This document shows positions 1-12,870 of a stretch of DNA of 64,000 bases, one piece after another. Each line of letters opens with the position of its first letter. Position 1 is the stretch's first letter. The notes beneath the pieces were generated by a model. The model saw nothing but the letters and a program-made list of their open reading frames with translations, did no database searches and was not told the DNA's origin. Made by a program: the position numbers and the translations under genes. Source of the stretch: Lama glama (taxonomy: Eukaryota); contig CM052827.1 in assembly GCA_028534125.1 (NCBI GenBank), positions 67,828,001 through 67,892,000 on the forward strand, given 5' to 3'.

Positions 1-1416
1 AGTCACAGAAATGCAAATATCCAGATGAGAGTTGTATACGTCTTATCTGTTACCTGTGTCCACATACCCCACACACGGTTTATGAACCTGAGCAAATTTT
101 GTTAAGTTCAGCTTACATTTGGGGTTTACATAAATCATTAAAACACTAAAGAAAGGTAATGGGAAAACATATAAAGCTAATTTGCTCTGGCGATTTTTCA
201 GTGTTGTGCCAACCAAGAGGTGACCACTTGTCCCCCTCTTTCACCTGGATGGCATCTTAATGACCTGTCCATGAAGAAGCCTCGCGCAGCCTTAGAAACC
301 CACCACGCACCTGCCCGGAAACGCGGCTGCATCTCCTACACTATGGAGGGCCTGGAAGAAGTGTGCGACGGCCATTCTCTTCACCTGTTCCTCCCCCAGA
401 AGCTGCAAGAAACAGCCATTCAAGCCTCCCTCCGCCCAGCGCCGGCCTCCCACACGGGGTGATTGGTTCTTATTTTTTTTTTTACTTTAAGGAGGATGGG
501 CACTTGAAAGTGCTTCCTAACTGGTTTGTTGGGAGTTTCACAAGCTTAAAAAGAATTTAAAAGCGAAGTTTGGCCCTAAGCCTCTGAAATACTGTCCTGG
601 GATGTGGGTAGCGTCTGAGCACTAGACGCTGGGCACGGGCGAGGTCTCGAAGGGGCCGGAATGGATGTACCCCGGCGGGCGTGGGGTGGGGGAGGGAAGA
701 CCCGGCCGAGGGCGAAGAGAAAGGAGTCAGCGCCCGCAGAGCACATCCCAAGGCTCCTGAGCCGCTAACTGCATCCCTAACCAGCTCGTTGCTGAGAGCC
801 AGCCGGAAGGGGAAAGGCCGGCGCGGCCGCGTTCGGGTCCGAGGCAGCGGTCCTGGCCTCAGCGGCCGGCCTGGGCACCTGGCCGTGGGGCCCGCGCGAT
901 CCGGCGAAACCCTATCTCCCCTCGGGTCCTGCCAGGGAGCACACATCGCCCTCTTCGGAGACCTTCCAATTCCTTCCTCTCCCCACAAGTGCCAACCTCA
1001 GGGGCTCGGGGGCGGCAAGGGGAGAGCAGACCAGAAGGGGCAGGCCCTGGGGGCTCGGGGGACTTTAAGGTCGGAAAGAACGGCCATCGCCCCCAGAGTG
1101 GCCCCGTTTCCGCCTGGTCCCATCCACCACCTCCCCTCCAAACCGCAGAACCCGCCGCGCCGCGCTTGGCGCCAGACTGGGGACCCTCGCCCGACGCTGG
1201 GGCTGGCGTGGGGTGGGTTGGGTAGGGTTGGCGGGCCCCGAGCCCCAGCAGCGGATGGCTCCCGGGACCACGTTCCGCCTGCCCGAAAGCCGGGAGAAGG
1301 CAGGGGCGCGAACGAGGCGGGGCGAGTCTCGGCTCCGGCGCACCTAGCGGACCGAGCCCTGGGTCCTTGGCGGGCCGCCCCTCTCCGCCCCATCCCTGCG
1401 CGGTCCCCGCCCTTAC

Positions 1417-1700
1417 CTCTGGGCGCGAGGGTGCCGGCAGCGGAGGGTGCTGGGGAGCGGCGAGCTGTCCCCCGGCCGCGCTCAGCGGCGGCCAGCGACA
1501 GCGGGGTCGCCCGCGGGGCCGCTGCTCATGGCTCGTCGCTGCCGGCGCACTGCGGCCGCGGCCACGGCGGCGCCCTCCTCCTAGTCCTCTTCGCGGGCTC
1601 CGAGCCGGGACGCAGCTAACGCCCCGGCCCCGCAGCCCTCCTCCCCTCCGCCTCCCCGGTCGCGGACGGAGCCGCCTCCAGCGCCGCCCCGCGCGCAGCC
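1417..1700 (-). other. LRRC8C: Probable non-coding first exon of LRRC8C (TSS approximate)
   Basis: Strong donor GAG|GTAAGG at 1416 inside the CpG island. Gene identity comes from synteny only, since no LRRC8C coding sequence is in the window. Confidence 0.65.
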
Positions 1701-1788
1701 CGGCCAGCGGCCGCCAGCGCCGCCCAGCGCCCGGCCCCGGGGTCGCCGCGCCGCCCGCCGGCCCGCTGTGACGCAGGCCGCCGGGCCC

Positions 1789-1798
1789 GGGAACTTCC
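1789..1798 (+). promoter_or_regulatory. NF-kB-like site GGGAACTTCC (overlaps an ETS core)
   Basis: Matches GGGRNYYYCC just upstream of the presumed LRRC8C TSS. Confidence 0.35.
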
Positions 1799-2065
1799 TC
1801 CCCTGCGGAGACCACCCCGCGCCGCGGCCGCCGCCCGCCGCCCGCCGCCGGGGGCTTCCTTCGGGGCGAGGAGGGAGGCCTCCCGCCGCTCCCGGCGGGG
1901 CCGCCCCCGCCAGCGAGACGCCCACCTGGCGGCCTCTGCGCGGGGAGGCGGCTGGGCCCGGTACCTGCCCCCATCCCCAGCGGCGCGCGGAGAGGCCGAG
2001 GCTTCCCCGCGCCCGGCGCCGCGACGCGACCGCGGCTCCTCCCCTGGAGCGGGGAGCAGCCGCCA

Positions 2066-2087
2066 CTAAAAATAGCCCTTCTGGGAA
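2066..2087 (+). promoter_or_regulatory. MEF2 site CTAAAAATAG next to GAS/STAT site TTCTGGGAA
   Basis: Exact consensus matches at 2066-2075 and 2079-2087 inside otherwise GC-rich DNA. Confidence 0.5.
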
Positions 2088-3329
2088 CTCCTCGCGAGGA
2101 CCGGAGTCGGGATCGAGAAAACCCCTCCTCGTTATCACCCTCCCCCCACTTAGGAACAGAAGGGTGGGAGGGGGTGGTGGGGCGCACTGAGGAACTCGGA
2201 AGACAAAGCCAAAACCCAGTGCTCCTGGACCACAAAGCCCACGAGCCCCTGACACCCGAGCCTGCTGTCCCGCAGGAACCCCGGTGTTCCCGGACCCCGA
2301 CAGCCCGGCTCCTGGATCTCTCGGCAGCAGGCCCGGGGGTGCTGAAATTGAGCGCTCCGCGTGCAGTTTCGTACTGTGCGTGAAGGAGTTGACCGTGCAC
2401 GTCAAAACCACCTGTTGTTTAAAGAGTACGGGGGGAGGGCTTCCCCACCTTTTTAAAAATTGATCTGAACCACGCTTGTCTTCTCCAATTTCCCTACCCA
2501 GTTTCAGGATGAAAACGTGAACTCTGCCTTCTTGAAAGCTCACAGTAATCGGCATGGAAAACCTTCTGCCCAGTGGAAAAGTACACAGACAAGATAACTA
2601 AGTAATATGGGGTCTTTTGGGTTGCTTACCGATATTAACTCTTTTAGGAGCACCCCAAATCAGACTGTTGCTCTGTCCTGGAAGTCAGGACAAGACGGGT
2701 GTATGCCAGTAGAGCAGCGTAGACAACTGTCTTTCACCAGTTGGTTTGCTTTTACACGGAAAGCCTTAGGAAAGCAGGTGTCTCCTTTGCCCAATTTTTA
2801 TTTCCAAGCCAAAATGAAAACTTGTCCAAAAGCTGTTCTCCTGGGTTTTTACCTGACTTTGCCCATGTTCCTCCCACAAACCACTACCCTTTTCCCAATT
2901 CCAGTGCTGTTGCTGAGGCCCAGAAGACCACCTGAAACCCTCTTGGGCCTTAGGCGATGAGCCTACCACCAGCCACATCTAGGGTAGGGTCTTCCTTCTG
3001 GACAGTAGGTGGGAAAGTTCCTGGGGAAAAGGCAGAGACTGTCTGGCAATTTGCTAAAAAATGCAAGTACCTTGCAAGCCACCAGGTAGTAGCTAAGGTA
3101 GCTCCAGCCCTAAGTACCTTTCCTGGATGTAAACACTCAGTGAGGCGAGTACGACGGGTACACATGTCCTGTGAAGGGCCCTCTTCTCCAGGTGCTGTCT
3201 GAGTGCACCGCCGTCCTCCGTGTGCCCTTGGCATCCTCGCCTCAAGCTTTGGCATCCCTGAAATGCTCCCTCACTACCTGCTGTCAGGGAACCATGATCC
3301 GAGAGCTTGGACTCAGGTGAGCCGGGCAT

Positions 3330-3485
3330 ATTCCCCGCTCTTCCTGTGTAAATGTAAGGAAGTTACGGCTACTTTTTTTCCCCATCAACAATATGAGTAT
3401 TAAACGATAGGGTGCTGTGAGAATCAAATAAGCTCCTTACACCACCAAGAACAGGGCCAAGCACGTTATAAGTGCTCAGGAAATG
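3330..3485 (+). mobile_element. MIR SINE fragment
   Basis: Degenerate MIR 3' motifs (ctgtgagaatcaaataa...gcacgttataagtgctca). Confidence 0.55.
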
Positions 3486-4489
3486 GGAGCTGTCGTGCCT
3501 GCTACTACTGTTCATTGACTTGAGAACAAAAGGACCAGGAACAGCAATGAGGTTTGGAAATGGATCTGAATCCCTGCAGGTTGAGTCCCTCCCCACCCTG
3601 CCCCCCACGGCTGCTTAAATTGCAGTACTTTTGTCTGCTCTGTGCCTGGTTTGTAGTAGGGTAAACTGGACAGTTCTGCTTGCAGTCTGATGAGTCCCAC
3701 ACACACATAAGTCTGAGAGGCACAAGTCTGAAAATCACTATGTCACCCTGCTTAGGACTCCTTTGCTTATTGTACAGAATGTAAGCCTCAAGTCTAGTCA
3801 CCTCACCTCAGTCAACCTAACTGAAATCAAGACACAGGCTTACCAAGCCTTCTGTAAAGCACGAGGTAAATCAGCAATCAATCAGCTAGCTTCTGTGAAT
3901 GCTGGACCCCGAGGGTCTCAAAGAAGAATGAGGCTTATTGCCTGATTCAAGGTATTGATGGACCGTGGGAGAGGGGATCTGTCATGCACTTGAATCAGAT
4001 AAACTGTTTTGAACTAAATGTGGTTGAAGTTAAGAGAAAGGCGAGGGCTCTGTGGGCCAGAGCCACCATCGTGATCTTTCACTCAGTACCCAGTTCTTTA
4101 GGCCGAAGTTTGGCATTCTGGATGGCTTCCAGGGTGAGTTCCCACACTTAGACTCCACACAGTTACAAGTTATCCATGTGCTGGCTGACAACAAGGAGCA
4201 GAAGTAGGTCTTTCTGGGCCACGCCTGACCTCGGCAAGAAATTTGGAATGATGTAGATCTGGGCTCAAATTCTGGGCTTGCCGCTCACTAGCTGCATGAC
4301 GCGGAGTTTCTTGCTCTTTGAACCCTGCGCTCCCCATCCGTCTGTCGAAATAGCAGTACCTTCTTTGTTAAGGTTCTAGGGAGGCCTAGACAGAATTTCT
4401 GCAACCCCTTTGGTGGCAGGTGTGCAAATGGTGATTATATCGCAGTATCTAGTTAGTTACAGGAGAAAAGCAGGCTGGACTATACCATT

Positions 4490-4715
4490 CCTTTAAGGCT
4501 TATTTCAGAAGTCACCTTCTCTGTGGGGCTCTGCAGACTGCAGGCAAATGTGACCCTCTCTTCCTTGTGCTCCCGCAGCACTGTTTTTCCGAAGCTCTGT
4601 TTCAGCACTTAGCATGCCACTTATCCCTGTGCGTTTGCTTCACTTCTGCATCTTTAGTCGTTTCTACATCAGCACCCAGCACAGAGCCTGGCATTAGATT
4701 TTGAAAGAATGAGTT
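4490..4715 (+). mobile_element. L2 LINE 3' fragment
   Basis: gtcaccttctctgtg...cagcacccagcacagagcctggca...gaatga is typical of L2 ends. Confidence 0.55.
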
Positions 4716-7700
4716 TTAAAATGTTTTAATGTCTTGTACTGGTTTTGAATTTCAGTATAATTTGTATTAAACTGTAGGCGCTAAGACCTGAACCCCATTG
4801 GTCATAGTTTACACTAAAATCATGTATTATGCATATGTGTCTGCGTAAACCTTGATTTCTCAATGCTGGGCTTATTCTTTAAGACCAACCTGCTATACTT
4901 GTTTTGTTTTGTATGTGATGTCAGTTGATCCTGCCCAGTAATAGTGAAAGTAGAATCTAAGCTCTAAACCAGAACCGCCAGCAGGATTTTGCCCAGCACT
5001 CTCTCCCCACCCTGTGCACATCCGCTCCCCAGACGGTTTCTGGGCTTTGTGGGAAGGATCCTGAGCTAACGGGAAACGTTGTTTTAAGTTTCAGCTCTCA
5101 ACACTGTTGCAACCATTAGCATTTTCTGAATTAATAGCTGTAAGATAAAATCCACCTTTAGCAACAGTTTTGAAAGCCTCAACTCTGTGCCATTAAAAAT
5201 ACTAGGACAGGGGAAACCTTCCCTAGAAAATGCACTGTGAGCAGGAAGTTGCCCAAGAGGCAATTTGGTCACATGTGGTCTTGACCCTCAAGTGGCAGTA
5301 AGATCTGTGCCAGAGGAGAGGGTAGTGGTGCTGAGGAATTAAAAATAGGTTTCTAGAAAACTTTGGATCAAGTTCTTCTAAAATCAGTTCTGTATAGTTT
5401 ATACACCTCCCTCAACACATACACACAAAAGACAGAGCTTCTGAGATATTCTCTGCAAATAACAACAATGAACAGCACTTGCTGGGTACGTGCTACGAGC
5501 TACATACGCATGAGCTTTAGATGGATGGTCTCAGCTGGTCGCCACTGCCATCCGCTAGCGGGCAGTGTTACTCTCTCCTGGTGGCAGAGGAGAAAGCTGG
5601 GGCACACTGTAGTCCAGGAACTAAAGGTCCCCTGACCGAAGAGTGGCAGAGTCAGGGTTTGGACCCGGGTGAGTCTATTTCAGAGCATCTCAGGCCTAAC
5701 CACTACTCAGTCACATGGGAAAGGAATCTTTGTTTTTAAATTGTATCCATCAAGTATCCTCAGTTAGGTTAATGATGTCCTTTTTCAGTAGTTTCTGAAA
5801 TTGCATTCATTTGTGTTTTTCCCAATAGTATACTCATGCCCAAAATGTGCCTTCCCGGGGTGACTTTACAGCTTGCTCTTTAATTGAAAAGTCTGTTATG
5901 ACTGAAAGCAAACTTAATGAAAGATCATGAAGTGTCTATGGCTCTGATTTTAGGCAAAATGAAATATACCAGGCCAAGAGCCTTGTTCTTAGAATTATGT
6001 ATAAATGGACCAATGATTAGTAAGTGACTTTCACATGGTAGATGCGTAGTATAAACTTAAAGTGAAACATGCGTGTGGCGTTCTCAGGAGTGACTTTCTG
6101 CACCTAAACACCACTGGTGTGACTGTTACTACATTTCGTTTGCTTGCTATCATTTATTGAGCACTTACAGCCACTGACCTAGGAACTTTCCACATGTTAA
6201 CGCATTAATTAAGTCTACAAACGACTGGCTCTAGCCATGAAGTAAATTATTCTAAAGATAATGAAACACTCTTAAGAGATTTAGAGCTTCCTTATTTATT
6301 AAAAAGAAATACATTAAGATTTACCTTCTAAGGAAGGTAACTCGTTTTTCCCCCCAGGACTCAACATTTTCAGTCTTAACACCGTATCACATTATGCATA
6401 TAGAATGTGACTTCGAACAGCTCAGATCACAGTTTGACATTGACTTTCTTCAAATTTCAGTGGCATCAGCCCTGACAAAGCACCTGATTTCAGGCCTAAG
6501 GAATTACTCCTTTCCTTTGACTAAGAAATGCTCTCTCACTGAGGCATGAAGCTCCATGGCTCAAGAAACCTTATCAGGTAGTGACACTGAAGACGCGCTT
6601 GTCGCTCACATACACGTGGCTCTCTCTTTGGGAAAGTCTGCTGGACAGTGCTCTGTATACTTAGAAAATGCTAGAACCGTGCCTAGCCGCTCTCTTCTGA
6701 CACTGCCCGCCGCACTGACACAAGATACATTTTCTTGAGCCTTTTTGGAGCTCATTTGTTAATTTCCTGAATAAACTCATGTTGTTTACCTCTCTGGGGA
6801 AAAAGCAACAAGAAAGCCTGGTTTGCCTTCTCAGTGTCAATGCGAATGCTCATTAAGAATCACTTTCATTGCTGGTAGTGAAAAGAGCGTACACTGGGAT
6901 TAATAAGGCCTGGACTCTGCGTGCAGTTCTGCTGTTGACTAACTTTGCAACTTGGGACGAGCCTCTTTGTATCTTTGGATCCTCAGTCTCCTTATCTGAA
7001 ATGAAGGGGTTGGAACAGGTGATTTCTTAGGGCTTGTTCAGTGCTAAAACTTTTCACATTGATCTTAAACGATACATATTTATCCTCTCTAGATTTGCCA
7101 GTAATGGATATAATCACCAACAGATAATCAAAGATGCAGGAAGGCATCCATCACTGCTGTTATGGGAAATGCCTCTGGAGCTGGGCAGACAACGTCTTCC
7201 TGAGCATCTTTCTCTTCCACCATCCACTGCCAGTGAGATAAAGCCTTTCCTCCATTGAGGCCTTTCCAAGTAGCATTCTGTAGTTCACTACCTTTGATAA
7301 CCCTGGGAGACAGGGATCTGTGGTCAGAGTCATTTGGGGGAGTACTGTATCCCTCTTGGAGATTCACAATGCATATTGACATGCTTAGGGTTCTGAGAAG
7401 TCCTACCTTAAAAATACTTGTTACCTTTGCTGAACCTAGCATTTCTCTAACATCATTTCCCATGGAACTATTTCCTTTGGCACATCTATCAACATTCCAA
7501 GGAGAATAAAATCTCCTAGAATAGAATATTTGAATTCTTATTCTAGAGTTAAAGATTTAGAACCTTCATAAGATTTTCCCCCCTTGGAAAGAGAAGGGAG
7601 TTACAGGCCCTATTAATTAATTTAATGAATGCCTGCCAAGGGAGGCCCTCTTGATAGGTGCAATCTGCAGGCATTTTCCTTACAAACAGCCATGACAGAA

Positions 7701-9204
7701 TGCCTGTCGTCTTTAATGAGACAAAGAGTGCCCATCCTCACTGGTGACAGTTGGCCTTGTCTCTTTACACTGAGGAATACGACTTTGCCTTTACATATTT
7801 CTGTTAGCCTCTAGGCTTCCTTCCAGAAATAGTTGAAGCTGGTACAAGACAAACACATCCGTTCTGAGCACTCAGTGGGACAGCACAGGATAGAGACACC
7901 GCTCCAGAGGTCTCTGGTATTTCTGCACATCTTGTGAGCAAGACCCTGGCCGCCCTTTCTTTCAGACTAGATTTTCAAAGATATCTGTGTAGTGAGCAGC
8001 CTGTGGGGACACAGGTTGTGTCTCTCTCTGGAGCAAAGGACAAGCACGCCTCTGTCCATACAATGAAGGTAGTATTTCCCTCCAGCGCAAAGGACAGAGA
8101 GACACTCCTGTCGTAACAGGCTCCCGCTCTCCGAGCTCACGCTCCCCTCCTGTAACACCATCTGCTGTCGATGTGGTAGCGCTTGAGGACCTGCCATGAA
8201 GAAATGCTGACGCTCTGGCCACTGCTGTTACTGAGAGCAGTGCGCTTTTTAAATCTCTGATCCAGGAGTTTCATGTCGTCTAACGGCACCCAAGAAACTG
8301 TGGCCGGCTAATTTTCTCTCTTGCAAAGAATAAAGTCTCAGACCTCTCACAGTCCTTGACAGTAACTGGCTTTTCCCTCCTTGTGAGTTGACATTGGAAG
8401 AGAGACTTTGTATCCTCAGGTGTGCTCCCACCCTGGTCTTGTGAATGTATTCTGCTATGAATTCTTTGCCTCTCTGGGCCTGTTGTACCACGTACGGCCT
8501 TCCGTTCCTGTTCCTGGGGAACATCGGTCAAGGGCTCATAGAAGCAATGTGCTCTGACTATGGAATTCAAAGACAGTCACCATAAGCATCTGTCCAGCAT
8601 GGTAACATCTCATTAAAATGACTAGAAAATATTTTACATTCTATCTTGTTATTTTAAAGGAATTTAAGTGTTAATCCTCAGTGAACAGCACGTACCATGT
8701 TACAGTAAAGACTGGAACGTGTGTGCTGGGGGAGGGGTGGGTACTTCTGAGCTGGCTACGCTGACTTCTTCCAAAAGGAGCGCAGACAGAGTAAAAGGCT
8801 GGAGTTCAGATAAGGTGAGTTGCTTCATGTAGCCAGAGGGAGAATCATTTTAACGTAACATGAAAACAACTGTGATCGCATTTAGGAAACTGAAAACGTC
8901 CAGATTTCTTGAATGTCAACATGATTCTCTAGCTTGTGAAATGCTCCTGACAACAGTCTGTTTGCATCCGACCTGACGACATTTCGTATTAACTGTCGGT
9001 TTCATTGGCTAAACCAAAACTCACAATTACGCTTTCTGTAATAATACTTTTGATCAATTGCTTTGAAAGAAACATTTTCTTATTGAAAGGTTTTCAGGGA
9101 CTTTAGAATACAATAATAATTGGTCTGGGAGCAACCTGGTCTGGAAATTTTAAGAGGCTGTCTGACAACTTGCTACAGTGATTTGAACGCCACAAATATA
9201 GCAG

Positions 9205-9440
9205 TAAGTTAACATTTGTTGAGTGCTCTCTGTCAGGCAGAGTTTAAAGGATTTTCCATGTATTATTTCATTTAATCCATGTAACACTGTGAAGTAGGTA
9301 CTATCATTGTCCCCATTTCACAGACAGGGAGCCTGGGGCACAGGTAAGTAATGTGACTTGCCCAAGGCCATGCTGCTAGTAAATGGCAGAGCCGGTGGAA
9401 TCAAGGTGTCTGGCTCCAAACCTGCACTCTTACCACACTC
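9205..9440 (-). mobile_element. MIR SINE, near full length
   Basis: Core cccatttcacagacagggagcctggggcacaggtaagtaatgtgacttgcccaagg with matching flanks. Confidence 0.8.
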
Positions 9441-10528
9441 TCCTACTCCCTGTCTGCCTTATAACGTCTGAATTTTTTAAACTGCTAGAAACTGTGATCT
9501 TTTTTTTTCTGGAATGCTTAAGGGAAATAAACATCCATTTCCTTGCCTCTTTGGTGTTTTGACTCTGGATTATCTTCCCAGATGTAGTGTCTTGTTCTTC
9601 ACTTCTCTACAGTGAATATATTTCAGGACCATTACGGGTGAATTATGTCCATCATCACTGCATGCTGAGAAAGAAGATCCTGTGTAGCCCATTTTGAGTA
9701 GGGAGACACTCCAATTAAGCCCCTTTGAAAAGTTCCACACAAGGTTTTGATGTATCTCAAACTCCTAATGTAAGATGTATTTGAAAAATATTTTAATAAT
9801 CTAAAATAAACACAGTAGATGTCGAGTGTCTGTCAGTCTGTATCCAGAGAAGGAAGAGAACAGCAGTATTTTAAAGGTTGCCATGCCTTCCTTGGGCAAG
9901 CTTTAATTTTTCATGATCAGGAGGGACGCTGCTACCATCTCCCAGTCACCCACAATTGCCACAGTCCCCAGATGGTCACATTGTGACCCTGCCCAGGCTA
10001 ACAATCGCATCACAATGCTTTTCCTGAGATCAGACCAGCGGCTTTTCCCATCTGACCTGCCAAGGAGCACGGAGGTGAGGAGGGGAGAGCAGGGGACTTC
10101 TGAGTGCTTTAAGGGGAGAGGAATTTTTAAAATCTTGGCTGACTACTGCCTAGAACGGCGAGGAAACCATGTAACATGCAGCATTTGCAGATTGCTGGCC
10201 AGCCTCCGAGACCCCAGAATGATTTCTGAAAATGAGTGGTAGGAAGGTTTCATGTAAAACTCTCTGCATGTTGGATCTGCTCAGTGTTCTGGCTTTTGGA
10301 GAGCGAGGACATGGCACAAATCCAGCTGCGAGAGCGTGATGCATGTCTGAACCCTGACCACCACGTGCACGAGAAAATGAGGGCGTCATCATGGGCTTTG
10401 CTGAACAACCTCTGTGGAGATTGGTGGGTATTTTGCTCTTTCTGCCAAGGACTGGAAGAATTTTCTGCTTCTCAAATCTGGACTGAATCTAGAGGTTTAA
10501 AAGAAGCAAGTTGATGGTTGTCAAACCT

Positions 10529-10945
10529 CATCGGGAGCGTCCCAGGTGTAATCTGAAACTGGTCCCCTTACTCAGAGGGCAGGGAGAGACTGAAGAAAGA
10601 GGCAGACCTCTCCAGATTGGTAGGTGGCAGGTTTAATACGGGAATCTATTTCCAAGGCTCATCTTGGGAGGACGCAGGACAAGTAGATGTCCACACCTGC
10701 CTGCCAGAACCCTAAAAGTTTACATAGATGCTTTAAGTGGGTTTGGTCATGTACACGGTCTAGATGGTCTCATCTCCACATTGTCACCTCCAGGTTTTAT
10801 CCTTTATCTAAAGCTTCTGGGAGGAGGTGACACCAGTGGAATGCATGTTCCAAGGACAGGGGAGTAGGTGGGGAACCTCCAGTTCCCAGAGTTTAGCTTG
10901 CATGTCAATTCACTGGCTGTGCCTTCTCGATGACTTCCCCCAGCA
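10529..10945 (-). mobile_element. Solo ERV-type LTR
   Basis: ~420 bp with LTR-like termini (catcggga...tcccccagca) and an antisense ATTAAA. Subfamily not determined. Confidence 0.55.
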
Positions 10946-12870
10946 CAAGGACGGCTCCATCTCCTGATCTCTGCAAGACCTCAGGGAGCTGCCCAGGAGT
11001 AGTGTAATGCCTTAACTGAAACGATTGGGATTTATCTGGATTTCAACCTGCGCTGTGTGTTTCTGTAACTCGTATAACTGAACACCTACGGACCCAGTGG
11101 CTTTTTGGCAAAATCACTTTCGTGAGTGTTGCATTTGTTTGCTCTGAAGGGGACACACTGGCAGGTGCCGTCATTGGCTGTGTGACTCTGTACCACCACC
11201 TTGATGTTGTACATGTCTTCACACTGCCTTCTGCGTTCTCTCACTTCCCTTTTCTCGTCTCTCCATTCTCCTCCAAATTCCGTCAGTGTTTAAATGTCCT
11301 AGTCAAATTCTCTATAACTCTTTTTTAACACTTTCTTCTCTGTTAACTCTTACAGTATTTAGTCATCTTCTTATCTTCCATAGCTGTGGGAATTTGGATA
11401 AACTGCTTATGCTCTCTGAGCTTCAGTGCCTCTGCAGGCGAGTGAGGCTGTGACGGTCCCTGCTGTGGAGTGTGGGTATGATGAGACCAGCACAGCGCCC
11501 GGCTCACTGCGGACGAGCAATGAGTGTTCATTTTCATTAATGTTTAACAGCTAATTCTCTCCTCTCTTTTTTGACACTTCACTTTTTTTTCTGTTTCTAA
11601 TACAGCTGAGGTTCAAAAATGACTTGTTAACTTAATTATTTCAATATAATGTCGAAGGAGGAGACTTTCCTTCAAGTTTTTTTTTTTTGAGTGTATTGAA
11701 AACATGAAGAGTTGCCAGTTGCCAATTTTCTTAAAAGTTAACATCTTGTAGCTTTTTGATATATAATACATTTTTACAGCAAACATAGTAATGCTTATTG
11801 CCTGGGTACACTGTATATATTTTTTGCTATTTCGTTTCTATTTCCAATTTAATGTATCACCCATGATACATTAAAATAATCATGGCTCTTTCCCCCCAAA
11901 TTTAGAACCATGAAATTATTTTTTTGAAAAATTCTGGGCTAAAATATCTATCATATTGCAGAACTTCTGCAGATATGAGTGATTCCCTGTTTTAATTACT
12001 AATGTGGAAAAAGGAGTACACACTGAGAAATCTGAAATGTAACTTTTACTGTTTACTGAAATCTGCATGCTGAAAGAAATAGCTAGTTTTAACACAATAT
12101 TCTCTTTTACATGTGATTTACATAGGGCCCACCCCAACATCCCTACCCCTCCCACTTCATGAATTTGCAACCTAGGGGAGGGAAGCCCTTCCTCTCCTTC
12201 TTGGACTTAAAAATGAATAAATTCAAAAGGCTATCTGAAAGGTAAAAACTGACAATATTCATTTGAATAAGCAGAAACAGGTCTTCCATTTGAAGAAAAG
12301 GGAAGGCAACATTTTTTTGTTCAGAAGAACAAAAGGGAATATGGCATTAAAGATCAGGACGGGGATCCTGAAGCTGTTCGAGAGGTAAAACATTAAGATC
12401 TTTAATATTAGTTGAATTTTTAATGTTTAGGCTACAAAGTTCTGTCAATCACCAAGAAGTCACTCTGTCAACATTACCTGGAAATCTTTAGAAAGCAGTT
12501 TGACGCCTCAAGCAGTTTTCTTGACCCATTGTGTGGTGTTTAATAACAGAGACAGAACTTTAAATAAGTTGAAGTCTTCCTTCCAAATGTCAGCTCCTCC
12601 CTCGGCGTTTCCACTTCAGCCCAGTGCAGCGCTCGGCACTCTGGCTGCACAGTGACTCTGCCTCTTTCCCAGTCTCAGCCAGACCCCACCCGCCTTGCAA
12701 TTACCTATCTTATTGTCCAAAAGTACTGCTCTCAGCTCTTATTTTAGGAATGGCTGGCCTGCAGTAGCTGCTCAATACATGATAATTACAACTTGCTTTG
12801 AGTAACTCCTCAGTGCCCAAAGGGAAAAACTCAAGCTCAGAGCACTGGCAGTTTGTAAATAATAAGAGGC

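Larger units (their letters stand above)
620..2400. promoter_or_regulatory. CpG island promoter, most likely of LRRC8C and potentially bidirectional
   Basis: Very high GC and CpG density with GC boxes. Lies downstream of LRRC8B in the same orientation, matching the mammalian LRRC8B-LRRC8C-LRRC8D tandem order. Confidence 0.85.

Noticed and set aside
557-2555. Long overlapping ORFs (312, 513 and 324 aa) in the CpG island
   Set aside because: Pro/Gly/Arg/Ala low-complexity translations in several frames, mostly with non-ATG starts. They reflect stop-codon scarcity in GC-rich DNA.
3300-8830. Plus-strand donor-like sites (e.g. ~3317, ~4134, ~8815) as exons of a divergent lncRNA
   Set aside because: Plausible given the promoter, but isolated donor matches occur by chance and no exon chain can be defined without transcript data.
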